From contig WYBJ01000071.1 of assembly GCA_011525945.1 (NCBI GenBank), positions 1 through 61,145 of the forward strand: a stretch of DNA of 61,145 nucleotides, read 5' to 3'. Positions within the stretch are counted from its first letter, which is position 1, and each line of letters opens with the position of its first letter. Origin of the DNA: Burkholderiaceae bacterium (lineage in GTDB: Bacteria; Pseudomonadota; Gammaproteobacteria; Burkholderiales; WYBJ01). Made by a program: the position numbers and the translations under genes. This document shows, one piece after another, positions 8,334 to 16,453 of the stretch. The notes beneath the pieces are model-generated. The model was given only the letters and a program-made list of their open reading frames with translations, was not told the DNA's origin and did no database searches.

Positions 8334-9520
8334 CGCCGCCTCCCGCGCGCGAGGCCACGCGCATGCCGCAACGCTTCGCCCAGCCGGCTCTCGGCCCGGG
8401 TGAGCGGATTGTCGCCGGGCCAAGCGAGACTCGCGCGGAACAGCCAAAGGCAAAGCAGCGCGAATGCGACGAGCGGCAGCCACACCGACACTACGGCATC
8501 GGCGCGACCCGATTCAGCCAGGCTTTCGCCAAACTGCAGGCTGTGGTTGAGCACCAGCAAGGCGAGCGCGGTGAATACGGCGCCGGCGGCACGCCGGCCG
8601 CGTTTTGCCGCCATGCCGAGCGGAATGGCGAGCAGCGGCAGCAACGGCAGCACCGCCGAGCGTGCGAGGCGGCCGTGGAATTCACCCGCGAGGCGGGACG
8701 GGGCGATATCGGTTGCACCGCCGTGCATGTCGGCCCAGAGCTCGGGCAGCGTGAGCTCGCGCACCGAACCGCCGCGGGGGCGAAAAGTTGGCGCCTTGGG
8801 ATTGAAGTCCGCGTTGATCACCGCTTTCGTGAAGCGACCGAACCACGCCTTGCCCGGTTCGTACTCGCGCACGAGCAGGCCGTCTTCGAGTTCGAGCAGC
8901 AGGCGTCCGTCATCCGCGGGCACGAGTTCGCCTCGAGGCGCGGTCGTGATTTCCTCGCCGTCGCCCACGCGCCGCTGCACGAACACGCCTTGCAGGTGGC
9001 GCTTGTCGGGCGCGACCGCCTCGGCGTGGAAGACGAAGCCGCGGCCCGCCTTGCCGAAGCGATTCTCTTCCACTCGGGCATCCCAGCGGGCGTTCAGCGC
9101 CGCGTATACCTCGGCGCGGTAGGCGTAGCGGCTGAGCGGCTGCAGATGGCCGAAGAGGTAGAGGCTGAACACGGCGAGCCCGACGGCGAACACGAAGTAC
9201 GGCGCAGCCACACGCACGAGCGAGCGGCCAGAGGCGAGCACGATGTCGAGCTCGCTATCGTCGCTCAATCGAGCGAGTGCGAGGAACATGGCGACCGTGA
9301 AAGCCGCCGGCAGAGCGAGGCCGAGATAGTGCGGCAGCAGGTGCGCCGCCATGCGGAACACCGATGTGACCGGAGCGCCCGTGGCCGCGACCAGATCGAA
9401 CAGCCGCAGCAGGCGCTCGAGCAGTTGCGCAACCAGGATTGCGCCGAGGACGAAGCCGAGCGGGCCCATGAGGGCCCGCAACAGGTAGAAGTCCAGCCGG
9501 TACCCGCCCCTGGGCCGCAA
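8330..9520 (-). CDS. LptF-like permease (YjgP/YjgQ family)
   Basis: Begins RLDFYLLRALMGPLGFVLGAILVAQLLERLLRLFD, with IVLASGRSL. Same 3TM-periplasmic-3TM layout as its neighbour. The track start is a TTG at 9520, and the exact start is uncertain. Confidence 0.8.
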   Translation of the reverse strand: MRPRGGYRLDFYLLRALMGPLGFVLGAILVAQLLERLLRLFDLVAATGAPVTSVFRMAAHLLPHYLGLALPAAFTVAMFLALARLSDDSELDIVLASGRSLVRVAAPYFVFAVGLAVFSLYLFGHLQPLSRYAYRAEVYAALNARWDARVEENRFGKAGRGFVFHAEAVAPDKRHLQGVFVQRRVGDGEEITTAPRGELVPADDGRLLLELEDGLLVREYEPGKAWFGRFTKAVINADFNPKAPTFRPRGGSVRELTLPELWADMHGGATDIAPSRLAGEFHGRLARSAVLPLLPLLAIPLGMAAKRGRRAAGAVFTALALLVLNHSLQFGESLAESGRADAVVSVWLPLVAFALLCLWLFRASLAWPGDNPLTRAESRLGEALRHARGLARGRRR

Positions 9521-9536
9521 CGTGAGATCTCGACGC

Positions 9537-9980
9537 CTACGGGGCGGCTTGGCGCCAGGCCTGGCGCAACTCCCCCACCAGTGCGTCGCTGGCGGCAGCG
9601 TCCGGGACGACAGCAGGTTCCAGCATGGGCGGCCCCGGCCAGCCCGCGTCCGGGTAGTCCGCGCCCATGAAGCTGCGCTTGCCCGAATAACGCGGTATGA
9701 CGTGAAAGTGCACGTCCGGGTCCACCATCATCAGCATGAGGTAATTGATGCGTTCGTAATTCGTATACGCGCGCAGCATGTGCTCCGTCTTGCGCACCAC
9801 CTCGCGCAGTTCGGCAAAAGCTTGCGGGCTCGCATCGGAAAACGCGATCACCGGCTCGCGGCACACCAGCACGAGCGAGCCGAGCGTGGGCTGCCTGGGC
9901 CGCAGCAGCACGCTCCAGCGCTCGGTTTGCGCGATGCGAGTCGAAGGATCGCCGAACTTGATCTCGGTTGCGTTCGCCAT
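9537..9980 (-). CDS. HIT (histidine triad) family protein
   Basis: Begins MANATEIKFGDP. The triad region DVHFHVIPRY has Asp in place of the first His. It is the terminal part of the composite track ORF 9537..11285. Confidence 0.8.
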   Translation of the reverse strand: MANATEIKFGDPSTRIAQTERWSVLLRPRQPTLGSLVLVCREPVIAFSDASPQAFAELREVVRKTEHMLRAYTNYERINYLMLMMVDPDVHFHVIPRYSGKRSFMGADYPDAGWPGPPMLEPAVVPDAAASDALVGELRQAWRQAAP

Positions 9981-9982
9981 GG

Positions 9983-10942
9983 TCAGGCCACCGTTTGTTG
10001 CAGCCGCATCGGGCTCGAGCCGATCTGCTCCGGGGCGGCGTGTGGACGTGTCGTCGGGCGCGGAAGGCAGACTCGATAGCAGCCCGAATCGACGAAGCGC
10101 GCCTCGGCCATCGACCATTGGCGCACGGCGACCTCGACGGCACCCGCAGCCGAGAATCGTAGCCGGTGCCAGCGCGCGGCCTCGTCGCCCGCACTGGCTC
10201 GTGCAGTGGACGACGGCACGCACAGGCACGGAATCATGCCGCGCATCGCCCGCGGGCCCGGCAACGCGTCGAGCCGGGCGGCATGCGCATGGCCGTGCAG
10301 CACGAGCTCGGCGCCGGCGCGCTCGAGCACCGCGCAAAGTGCAGCCCGGTCGGCGAGCGCGCGGCGCCAGCCCACCGCGCCGGCGGCCACGGGGTGATGT
10401 ACGGCTACGATGCGTATGCGGCCGCTGCGCGCTTCGGCGTTGAGCGCGCTCTCCAGATGCGCAAGCTGGTGCGCGCCGATGCGCCCGCGAGCGAGTCCGG
10501 GTGCAGTCGGCCGTGCCGAATTGAGACCGATCAGCGCCAGACCTCCCCGATGATGAACGAAGGGCCAGCGACCGTCTGTGCTGGTCCATGCCGACCAGCG
10601 GCCCAGCCCCTCGGACTCGGCAACCGGAACCAGGGCATCGTGGTTGCCCGGCACGATGCTGATGCGATCGGCGGGTGCGAGCGCTTGCAGCCACGCCGCC
10701 GCACGCGTGAACTCCTCGGGTAGTGCGAAGTTCGTGAGATCGCCCGTGATCACGATATGGTCGAGCGCGGCCGCGCGCAACTCTGCGCTCAGCGCGGCGA
10801 GGATCTCCTCGCTTTGCACGTTGCGCCGGCGCCGCCACGCCCATGCACTCAACTGGCGCTTCGACAGTCGCTGCCGCAACCGCAGCTGCGGCTCGAACGG
10901 CAGGTGCAGGTCGGAGATGTGCGCAAGGGTGAAGGAATTCAT
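9983..10942 (-). CDS. calcineurin-like metallophosphoesterase
   Basis: Begins MNSFTLAHISDLHL (DxH), followed by ITGDLTN (GD), VPGNHD (GNHD), VAVHHP and LHGHAH. This is the first gene of the minus-strand operon that ends at 4155. Confidence 0.85.
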   Translation of the reverse strand: MNSFTLAHISDLHLPFEPQLRLRQRLSKRQLSAWAWRRRRNVQSEEILAALSAELRAAALDHIVITGDLTNFALPEEFTRAAAWLQALAPADRISIVPGNHDALVPVAESEGLGRWSAWTSTDGRWPFVHHRGGLALIGLNSARPTAPGLARGRIGAHQLAHLESALNAEARSGRIRIVAVHHPVAAGAVGWRRALADRAALCAVLERAGAELVLHGHAHAARLDALPGPRAMRGMIPCLCVPSSTARASAGDEAARWHRLRFSAAGAVEVAVRQWSMAEARFVDSGCYRVCLPRPTTRPHAAPEQIGSSPMRLQQTVA

Positions 10943-11013
10943 CGATAATGCTCGCCTTTGCGAAGCAGGACGATTGTGCCATACATTGCGCGCGCGGCGC
11001 GCCGTTGCCAACC

Positions 11014-12108
11014 ATGAGTGAGGTGTCCGGACACATCGTCGGCGAATCAGCGCTGCATATCTGGGGCCTGCCGTCCGCAGCGCGCTTGCGCCGGCAGCTC
11101 GAGCGCGCCGGCGCGCTCGCGGCGCGCGCCGAGCGTGGGGTGTGGCTGCGCGCGGACTGGGTGTACGACCAGCCGATCGTACGCGCGCTCGTCGCGACTC
11201 GCGAGAACTGTGCCCTGGTCGCGGCCGACGGCCGCTGCGTGGCGCTGAGCGTCACGGGCGAGCGGCACGCCGAGGCCGAGCCCACGCTCGCCGCGTACGG
11301 GGTTCCCGGGGGCGTGCGCGCCGTGAGCGTCGCGCAACTCGCCGGCAGCTACGACGACAAGCTGCGCAAGCGCGAGGCGCCTTATCTCATGCCGCTCTCG
11401 CCGCAGACGCTGCCGGCGATCGAACGTCGCATCTTCGGCGCAGCGTACAAGGGCGTGACCGATGCCGTTACGCTCTACCTCTGGCCGGCGCCGGCGCGGG
11501 CGGTGACACGCTTTTGCGCGCAGCACGCGATTACGCCCAACCAGGTGACGTTCGCGAGCCTGCTGCTGGTTTTGGCGGCGATGTGGCTTTTCTGGACCGG
11601 ACATTACGGCCTGGGCCTCGTTTGCGCATGGGTGATGACATTCCTCGACACGGTCGACGGCAAGCTTGCACGCGTCACGCTCACGTTCACCCGCTTCGGT
11701 GACGTGTTCGATCACGGCATCGACCTCATCCATCCGCCTTTCTGGTGGTGGGCGTGGCTCGTGGGGCTGCCGGCGGTGGGCCTGGCGCTCGACCATGCGT
11801 CCGTGGTTCTTGCGGCGATCGTCGCGGGCTACGTGGCACAGCGCCTGGAGGAGGGCGCGTTCATCGCCTGGTTCGGGATGGACATGCATACCTGGCAGCG
11901 CTTCGACAGCCGTTTTCGTCTGATCACCGCCCGGCGCAATCCCAACCTGCTGATCCTGACGTGCTCGGCGGCCGCGGGCAGACCGGATGTCGGTATCGTA
12001 GCGGTTGCGCTCTGGACCGTGTTTTCGCTCGGTGTGCACAGCGTGCGTCTGGCACAGGCGGGGCTGGTGCGCCGTCGGGGGCCGCTGCGCTCGTGGCTCG
12101 CGTCCTGA
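11014..12108 (+). CDS. CDP-alcohol phosphatidyltransferase with N-terminal extension (paralog 2)
   Basis: Signature in DTVDGKLARVTLTFTRFGDVFDHGIDLIHPPFWWW. The N-terminal domain is alignable by eye with paralog 1 (…KLRKREAPYL…AAYKGVTDAVTLYLWP versus …KLRRTLPWWQ…DNYKGSTDLLTRWVYP). The ATG at 11014 was chosen over the track start at 10948. Confidence 0.88.
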   Translation: MSEVSGHIVGESALHIWGLPSAARLRRQLERAGALAARAERGVWLRADWVYDQPIVRALVATRENCALVAADGRCVALSVTGERHAEAEPTLAAYGVPGGVRAVSVAQLAGSYDDKLRKREAPYLMPLSPQTLPAIERRIFGAAYKGVTDAVTLYLWPAPARAVTRFCAQHAITPNQVTFASLLLVLAAMWLFWTGHYGLGLVCAWVMTFLDTVDGKLARVTLTFTRFGDVFDHGIDLIHPPFWWWAWLVGLPAVGLALDHASVVLAAIVAGYVAQRLEEGAFIAWFGMDMHTWQRFDSRFRLITARRNPNLLILTCSAAAGRPDVGIVAVALWTVFSLGVHSVRLAQAGLVRRRGPLRSWLAS

Positions 12109-13055
12109 AATCCGGCACACACCCGCATGCGGCGCTCGCTGCGCTGATCGAACCGGAGCTCGATCGCGTCCTGCCGCGCGAAGTCGCCGCGTTCGCCGAG
12201 CGACTCGCGGCGCGCGCCGGCGCCAAGACCGCGGCAGTGCTCTTCTATGGCTCGGCGTTGCGCGACCAGGCGCTCGATGGCTTGCTCGATTTCTATCTGC
12301 TGGTCGATCGAGCGCGTGCGTGGCCCGGTTCGTGGCTCGCCGCGGCGGCCATGCGCGTATTGCCGCCCAATGTCGGCTACGCGGAAGAGGAATTCGGCGG
12401 GCGAATGCTGCGCGCCAAGTACGCCGTCATGACTTTGGCGCAGTTTCGCCGTGCGATGGCAGCGCGCTCGCTCGACACGACGCTCTGGACGCGCTTCTCG
12501 CAGCCGTGCGCCTGCGCCTATGCACGCAGCGACGACGATCGCGATGCGGTGCTCGATGCCGCGTGCGCGGCCACGCTGGCGGCGGCGTACTGGGCGGCCG
12601 TGGTCGGACCCGATCGCGGCGAGCCCTCGGCGTACTGGAACGCGCTCTACGCCCGCACCTACGAGCTCGAGCTCAGGGTGGAGTCGGCGCGGCGCAGCGA
12701 CTCCGTGCTCGCCGGGGCGAGCGAGCGCTATGCGCGCCTGCTGCCCGTGGCGTGGCACGCTGCTGGCGTCGCATTCGAGACGCACCGCGATGAATTGCGC
12801 CGGCTGCTCGCGCCAAGCGATCGTGCCGCTGCCCTGCGACGATGGGCACTGCGACGCCGGCTCGGGCGGGCGCTCAATTTGCTGCGGCTCATGAAAGCGG
12901 CGCTCACGTTCGAGCGTCCGCTCGATTACGTCGCATGGAAAGTCGAACGCCATTCGGGCGTACGGCTCGACTTCGCGCCATGGCAACGGCGCTTTCCTCT
13001 GCTCGCCGCACCCGGGCTTTACTGCCGTTTGCGCCGCCGCGGCCTGCTCCGTTAG
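12093..13055 (+). CDS. Tam41/Mmp37-like nucleotidyltransferase-fold protein (putative lipid-phosphate cytidylyltransferase)
   Basis: 3-prime part of track ORF 11745..13055. Contains VLFYGSALRDQALDGLLDFYLLVD (NTase G-S…D motif), LRAKYAVMTLAQF…LWTRFSQP and a C-terminal LRLMKAALTFERPLDYVAWKVER. These resemble Tam41 as I remember it. The start is provisional: GTG 12093, overlapping the upstream gene by 16 nt. Confidence 0.6.
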   Translation: MARVLKSGTHPHAALAALIEPELDRVLPREVAAFAERLAARAGAKTAAVLFYGSALRDQALDGLLDFYLLVDRARAWPGSWLAAAAMRVLPPNVGYAEEEFGGRMLRAKYAVMTLAQFRRAMAARSLDTTLWTRFSQPCACAYARSDDDRDAVLDAACAATLAAAYWAAVVGPDRGEPSAYWNALYARTYELELRVESARRSDSVLAGASERYARLLPVAWHAAGVAFETHRDELRRLLAPSDRAAALRRWALRRRLGRALNLLRLMKAALTFERPLDYVAWKVERHSGVRLDFAPWQRRFPLLAAPGLYCRLRRRGLLR

Positions 13056-13112
13056 CACCGAAGCAGCGATGTCGCCGCGGCCCGTTTCGCGAGCGGGGCC
13101 GTGAGACTACGC

Positions 13113-14102
13113 TCATCGCATCGTCGGGCGCTCGGCGAGCCAGCCGGCGGCCCGGTACCAGGCCACCGCATCCGCAAACCCGGATTCGAGCTCGAACCGA
13201 GGACTCCAGCCCCTGGGCCTGGCCTGCTCGTTGACAGACACCGACCAGTCGAGATGGGAGATTTCACGCAGCTTGTGCGAATTGAGCATCGTCGGCGTGC
13301 CCAGCAAACGCCCCAGATCTCCCGCCCACGCGGCCGTACGCAGCAACGCCCGCGGCATCCGCACGAGCCGTGCATGCGGATTGCCGACGGCACGCGCGCC
13401 CGCGCCCAGAATCTCGCGCCAGTCGTAGCCTTGCGCTCTCGCGTCGGTTGCCGCCAGCACCTCGCCCTCGGGCTTGGCTGTCGCCAGCGCGACGATGAGG
13501 GCGGCGAGATCGCGCACGTGAATGAGCGCCACGCGTGCCTGCGCCGAGGCGGGTAGCGCGACGATGCGATGACGCGCCAGGCGAAACAAGCGCAGCGTCT
13601 CCGGATCGGCAGGACCGTACACCGCGGCGGGACGCAGCACCGTCGCCTGCGCCCCGAGTATTTCGCGCACCGCGTCCTCGCCCGCGCGCTTGCTCGCGGC
13701 GTAGTCGGACAGACACGGTTCGCGTGCGGCGAGCGTGGAAACGTGGACGAAATGCGCCCGGGGCGCAAGTCGCCGTGCGCTGCCGGCAAGCGCTGCGCTC
13801 GCCGCGGCGTTGACCTGGAAGAAATCCCGCCGGCGCGCCGCCTTGATGAGCCCGGCGACATGGATCACCGCGTCTGCGCCGTCGACCAGACGCTCGAGCG
13901 CGGACGCATCGGCCAGCGCGCCGGCCACGACTTCGGGACAAATCCCGTGCCAGTCCGCGTCGTGCGGTTCGCGCCGCACGAGCATGCGCAGCCGCCACCC
14001 GGCGTGCGCGAGCGCGGGCACGAGATGGCGGCCGATGAAGCCAGTTGCGCCGGTCAGCGCCGCAAGCGGCGCGCCGGAGTCGGCCGGTTCTGTCGCGATC
14101 AT
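13113..14102 (-). CDS. NAD(P)-dependent epimerase/dehydratase-fold (extended SDR) reductase
   Basis: Rossmann loop LTGATGFIGRHLV and a YxxxK motif in DYAASKRAGE. Confidence 0.85.
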   Translation of the reverse strand: MIATEPADSGAPLAALTGATGFIGRHLVPALAHAGWRLRMLVRREPHDADWHGICPEVVAGALADASALERLVDGADAVIHVAGLIKAARRRDFFQVNAAASAALAGSARRLAPRAHFVHVSTLAAREPCLSDYAASKRAGEDAVREILGAQATVLRPAAVYGPADPETLRLFRLARHRIVALPASAQARVALIHVRDLAALIVALATAKPEGEVLAATDARAQGYDWREILGAGARAVGNPHARLVRMPRALLRTAAWAGDLGRLLGTPTMLNSHKLREISHLDWSVSVNEQARPRGWSPRFELESGFADAVAWYRAAGWLAERPTMR

Positions 14103-14236
14103 GTCGTCACGAGGCGGGCGGCGAATGCCGGTGGCTTGATGATGCGGCGCATATTACTATCGACGCGCTGGAACCGTATTCCCGCGCCACCGCTCGCCGC
14201 GCGGGCGTGCCTTTGCCATCATCTGACGCGCCGACC

Positions 14237-16453
14237 ATGTCCTCTCCTCTGCGAAATCAAGATGCGCTCCCGCTACTGCAAACGGCCGAAGCGCTTGGCG
14301 TCGAGTGCCTGACGTTCGGTGTTGCGCCCGGTGTCGCGCCGAACGGCAAGCCGCCGGTGCGCATTTTCCTCGGCACCGAGGAGGCGCAGGGCCGTGCCGA
14401 GCGCGTGTTTCTTTACACCGTACACAAGCATCGCGATGCCGCGCGCGTCTACCAGGTCTACCTCATGAAGGAGCTGCCGGGGTTCGATCGGCGCACCTGG
14501 CGCACCGGTTTCACGCAATACCGCTTCGCGATCCCGGAACTCGCAGGCGGGCACGGCCGGGCGATCTACAACGATGTCGATCAGATCTACCTCGCCGATC
14601 CGGCGGCGCTGTTCGATCTCGACCTGAAAAGCTGCGGTTACCGCGCAGTCGCCGCCAACGACACCTCGGTGATGGTGATGGACTGCGCGCGCATGCTGCC
14701 GTGGTGGAACGTCGGCGCTGCGCGGGCAAGCGGCAAGCGCGAGCTGGTGGATGCGCCCGCTGCCGAGCCCGGGCTTTGGGGCGTGCTCGATGGCGATTGG
14801 AATGCGCGCGATTTCGAGTATCGCCGCGGCGCATCGAAGCTCCTGCACTACACGACGCTGCACCTGCAACCTTGGCGACCGACGCCCGGGCAATATTCCT
14901 ACCACCCGCACCCGCTCGCTTCGCTGTGGCAGCACCTCGAGCGCGAAGCCGATGCGATGCACTACCAGCCGTTCACGCAGGCGCATCCGAGCGCGGCGTA
15001 TCGCCGCTTGCTTTCGGCAGGACAGGCGCCGCTGCTGCCTGCAGCGGGTGAGACGGTGAGCGTTGGCGAGAACCTCGAACGCTTGCCGGCGCAGGATCGC
15101 GCATGGTTTCTGGATGCCGTGTTCGCTCGGGCGCAAGCCGCGGTGCAACTGCGGGTGGACGTTCGCGCGGCGATTACGCCGGCGGACCGCGCGCCGGTGC
15201 TGCGAATCACGGCGCCGGCGCAGTGGTGGCGCGAAGGTCTCGCGCAGGCCGCGGAGCACCGCCCCGAGGTCGCGTGGACGCTCGATCTCATCGAGCGCGA
15301 CGGCACGCGCAGCTTCCACTACCAGCCGCCACGGGGTGCGCCGCGCGTCTGGGTTCTGCTGGGCCGTCACGAGGGTGACAATCGCCAGTTGCTCGCGCTC
15401 GCCGAAGCGCTCGGCTGGCCCTTCGAGACGCGCAGACTCGACTTCAAGCGCCACCGCATCCTGCCCAACTGGCTGCAAGGCGGCTCGCTCGCGCAACTCG
15501 ATCGTATCCGCTCCGAGTCACTGGGTCCGCCTTGGCCCGACCTCGTCCTCGCCTGCGGCCGGCGCAGCGCACCGGTCGCGCGCTGGATCGGCCGCCGCTC
15601 CGCGGGTACGGCGCGTCTGGTGCACCTCGGGCGCCCGCAAGCGCCGCTGGCGGCATTCGACCTCGTCGTCACCACGCCGCAGTACCGCCTGCCCGGGCGC
15701 GACAACGTGGTGTACAACGTGCTCCCGCTCAACCGCACGATGCCGGGAGCGAGTGCGCGTGCCGCGGCGTCATGGGCGCCGCGGCTCGAACACCTGCCGC
15801 GGCCGTGGATCGCACTGCTCGTCGGCGGCAACAGCTCTTCAAGCGAGCTGAGCACGGCCGTCGCGAGTCGACTGCGCGATCAAGCGGAAGCGCTCGCGCG
15901 CGAACGCGGCGGCTCGCTTCTCATCGCCACCAGCCCGCGCACGCCGCCGCCGGCAGCGGACATCGTGCTCGCGGATTCTGCCGTGCCTGGCGTGCGCTAC
16001 CGTTGGCGCGCGCGCGATCCCGACAATCCCTACGCGCTGTTTCTCGATCGGGCCGACGAGCTGATCGTCACCGGCGACAGCGCCTCGATGCTCGCCGAGG
16101 CATGCGCGTCGGGCCGCCCGGTGCATTACGTCGCTCTGCCCTGGCCGGCAAGACGCAGGCGTCTTGCCCTGGCTGCGCTGCGGTTGCTAGCGGGTCGGCA
16201 AGACCGGCTCGGCGAGCGTGGTACGCCCAAGCAGCAGGGCCGCATCGGCCGCTGGCGTGACCGGCTCCTTGCTGCTGGAGTGCTGCGGCCCCCGCGCGAT
16301 CTCAGCGCCCTGCACGAGGCATTGCGCTGGAGCGGGCTCGCGCAGCCGCTCGGAGAACCGGGTTCGCCGCTGCCCGGGGCTTGCGACGATCTCGAGCGCA
16401 CCGTGGCCGCGGTGCGTCGGCTGCTCCTGAGTGGCCGCGCCGCGCGATCATGA
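14237..16453 (+). CDS. fusion protein: GT8-like glycosyltransferase domain + ELM1 (DUF1022)-like domain
   Basis: N-terminal half: YRFAIPELAGGHGRAIYNDVDQIYLADPAALFDLDL (DxD) and LLHYTTLHLQPW. C-terminal half: VWVLLGRHEGDNRQLLALAEALGWPF…DLVLACGRRS…LVGGNSSS…LIVTGDSASMLAEACASGRPV. Start is the ATG at 14237 inside track ORF 14045..16453. Confidence 0.75.
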   Translation: MSSPLRNQDALPLLQTAEALGVECLTFGVAPGVAPNGKPPVRIFLGTEEAQGRAERVFLYTVHKHRDAARVYQVYLMKELPGFDRRTWRTGFTQYRFAIPELAGGHGRAIYNDVDQIYLADPAALFDLDLKSCGYRAVAANDTSVMVMDCARMLPWWNVGAARASGKRELVDAPAAEPGLWGVLDGDWNARDFEYRRGASKLLHYTTLHLQPWRPTPGQYSYHPHPLASLWQHLEREADAMHYQPFTQAHPSAAYRRLLSAGQAPLLPAAGETVSVGENLERLPAQDRAWFLDAVFARAQAAVQLRVDVRAAITPADRAPVLRITAPAQWWREGLAQAAEHRPEVAWTLDLIERDGTRSFHYQPPRGAPRVWVLLGRHEGDNRQLLALAEALGWPFETRRLDFKRHRILPNWLQGGSLAQLDRIRSESLGPPWPDLVLACGRRSAPVARWIGRRSAGTARLVHLGRPQAPLAAFDLVVTTPQYRLPGRDNVVYNVLPLNRTMPGASARAAASWAPRLEHLPRPWIALLVGGNSSSSELSTAVASRLRDQAEALARERGGSLLIATSPRTPPPAADIVLADSAVPGVRYRWRARDPDNPYALFLDRADELIVTGDSASMLAEACASGRPVHYVALPWPARRRRLALAALRLLAGRQDRLGERGTPKQQGRIGRWRDRLLAAGVLRPPRDLSALHEALRWSGLAQPLGEPGSPLPGACDDLERTVAAVRRLLLSGRAARS

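Noticed and set aside
9537-11285. 582-aa minus-strand ORF treated as one protein
   Set aside because: Only its last 147 codons (the HIT protein) look real. The rest runs out of frame through the metallophosphoesterase gene and antisense to the CDP-alcohol transferase, with Arg/Ala/Pro-dominated composition.
13079-13100. Hairpin ggccc-N12-gggcc between the convergent Tam41-like and reductase genes as a terminator
   Set aside because: The stem is only 5 bp, the loop is large, and there is no U-tract on either strand. This is too weak to annotate.
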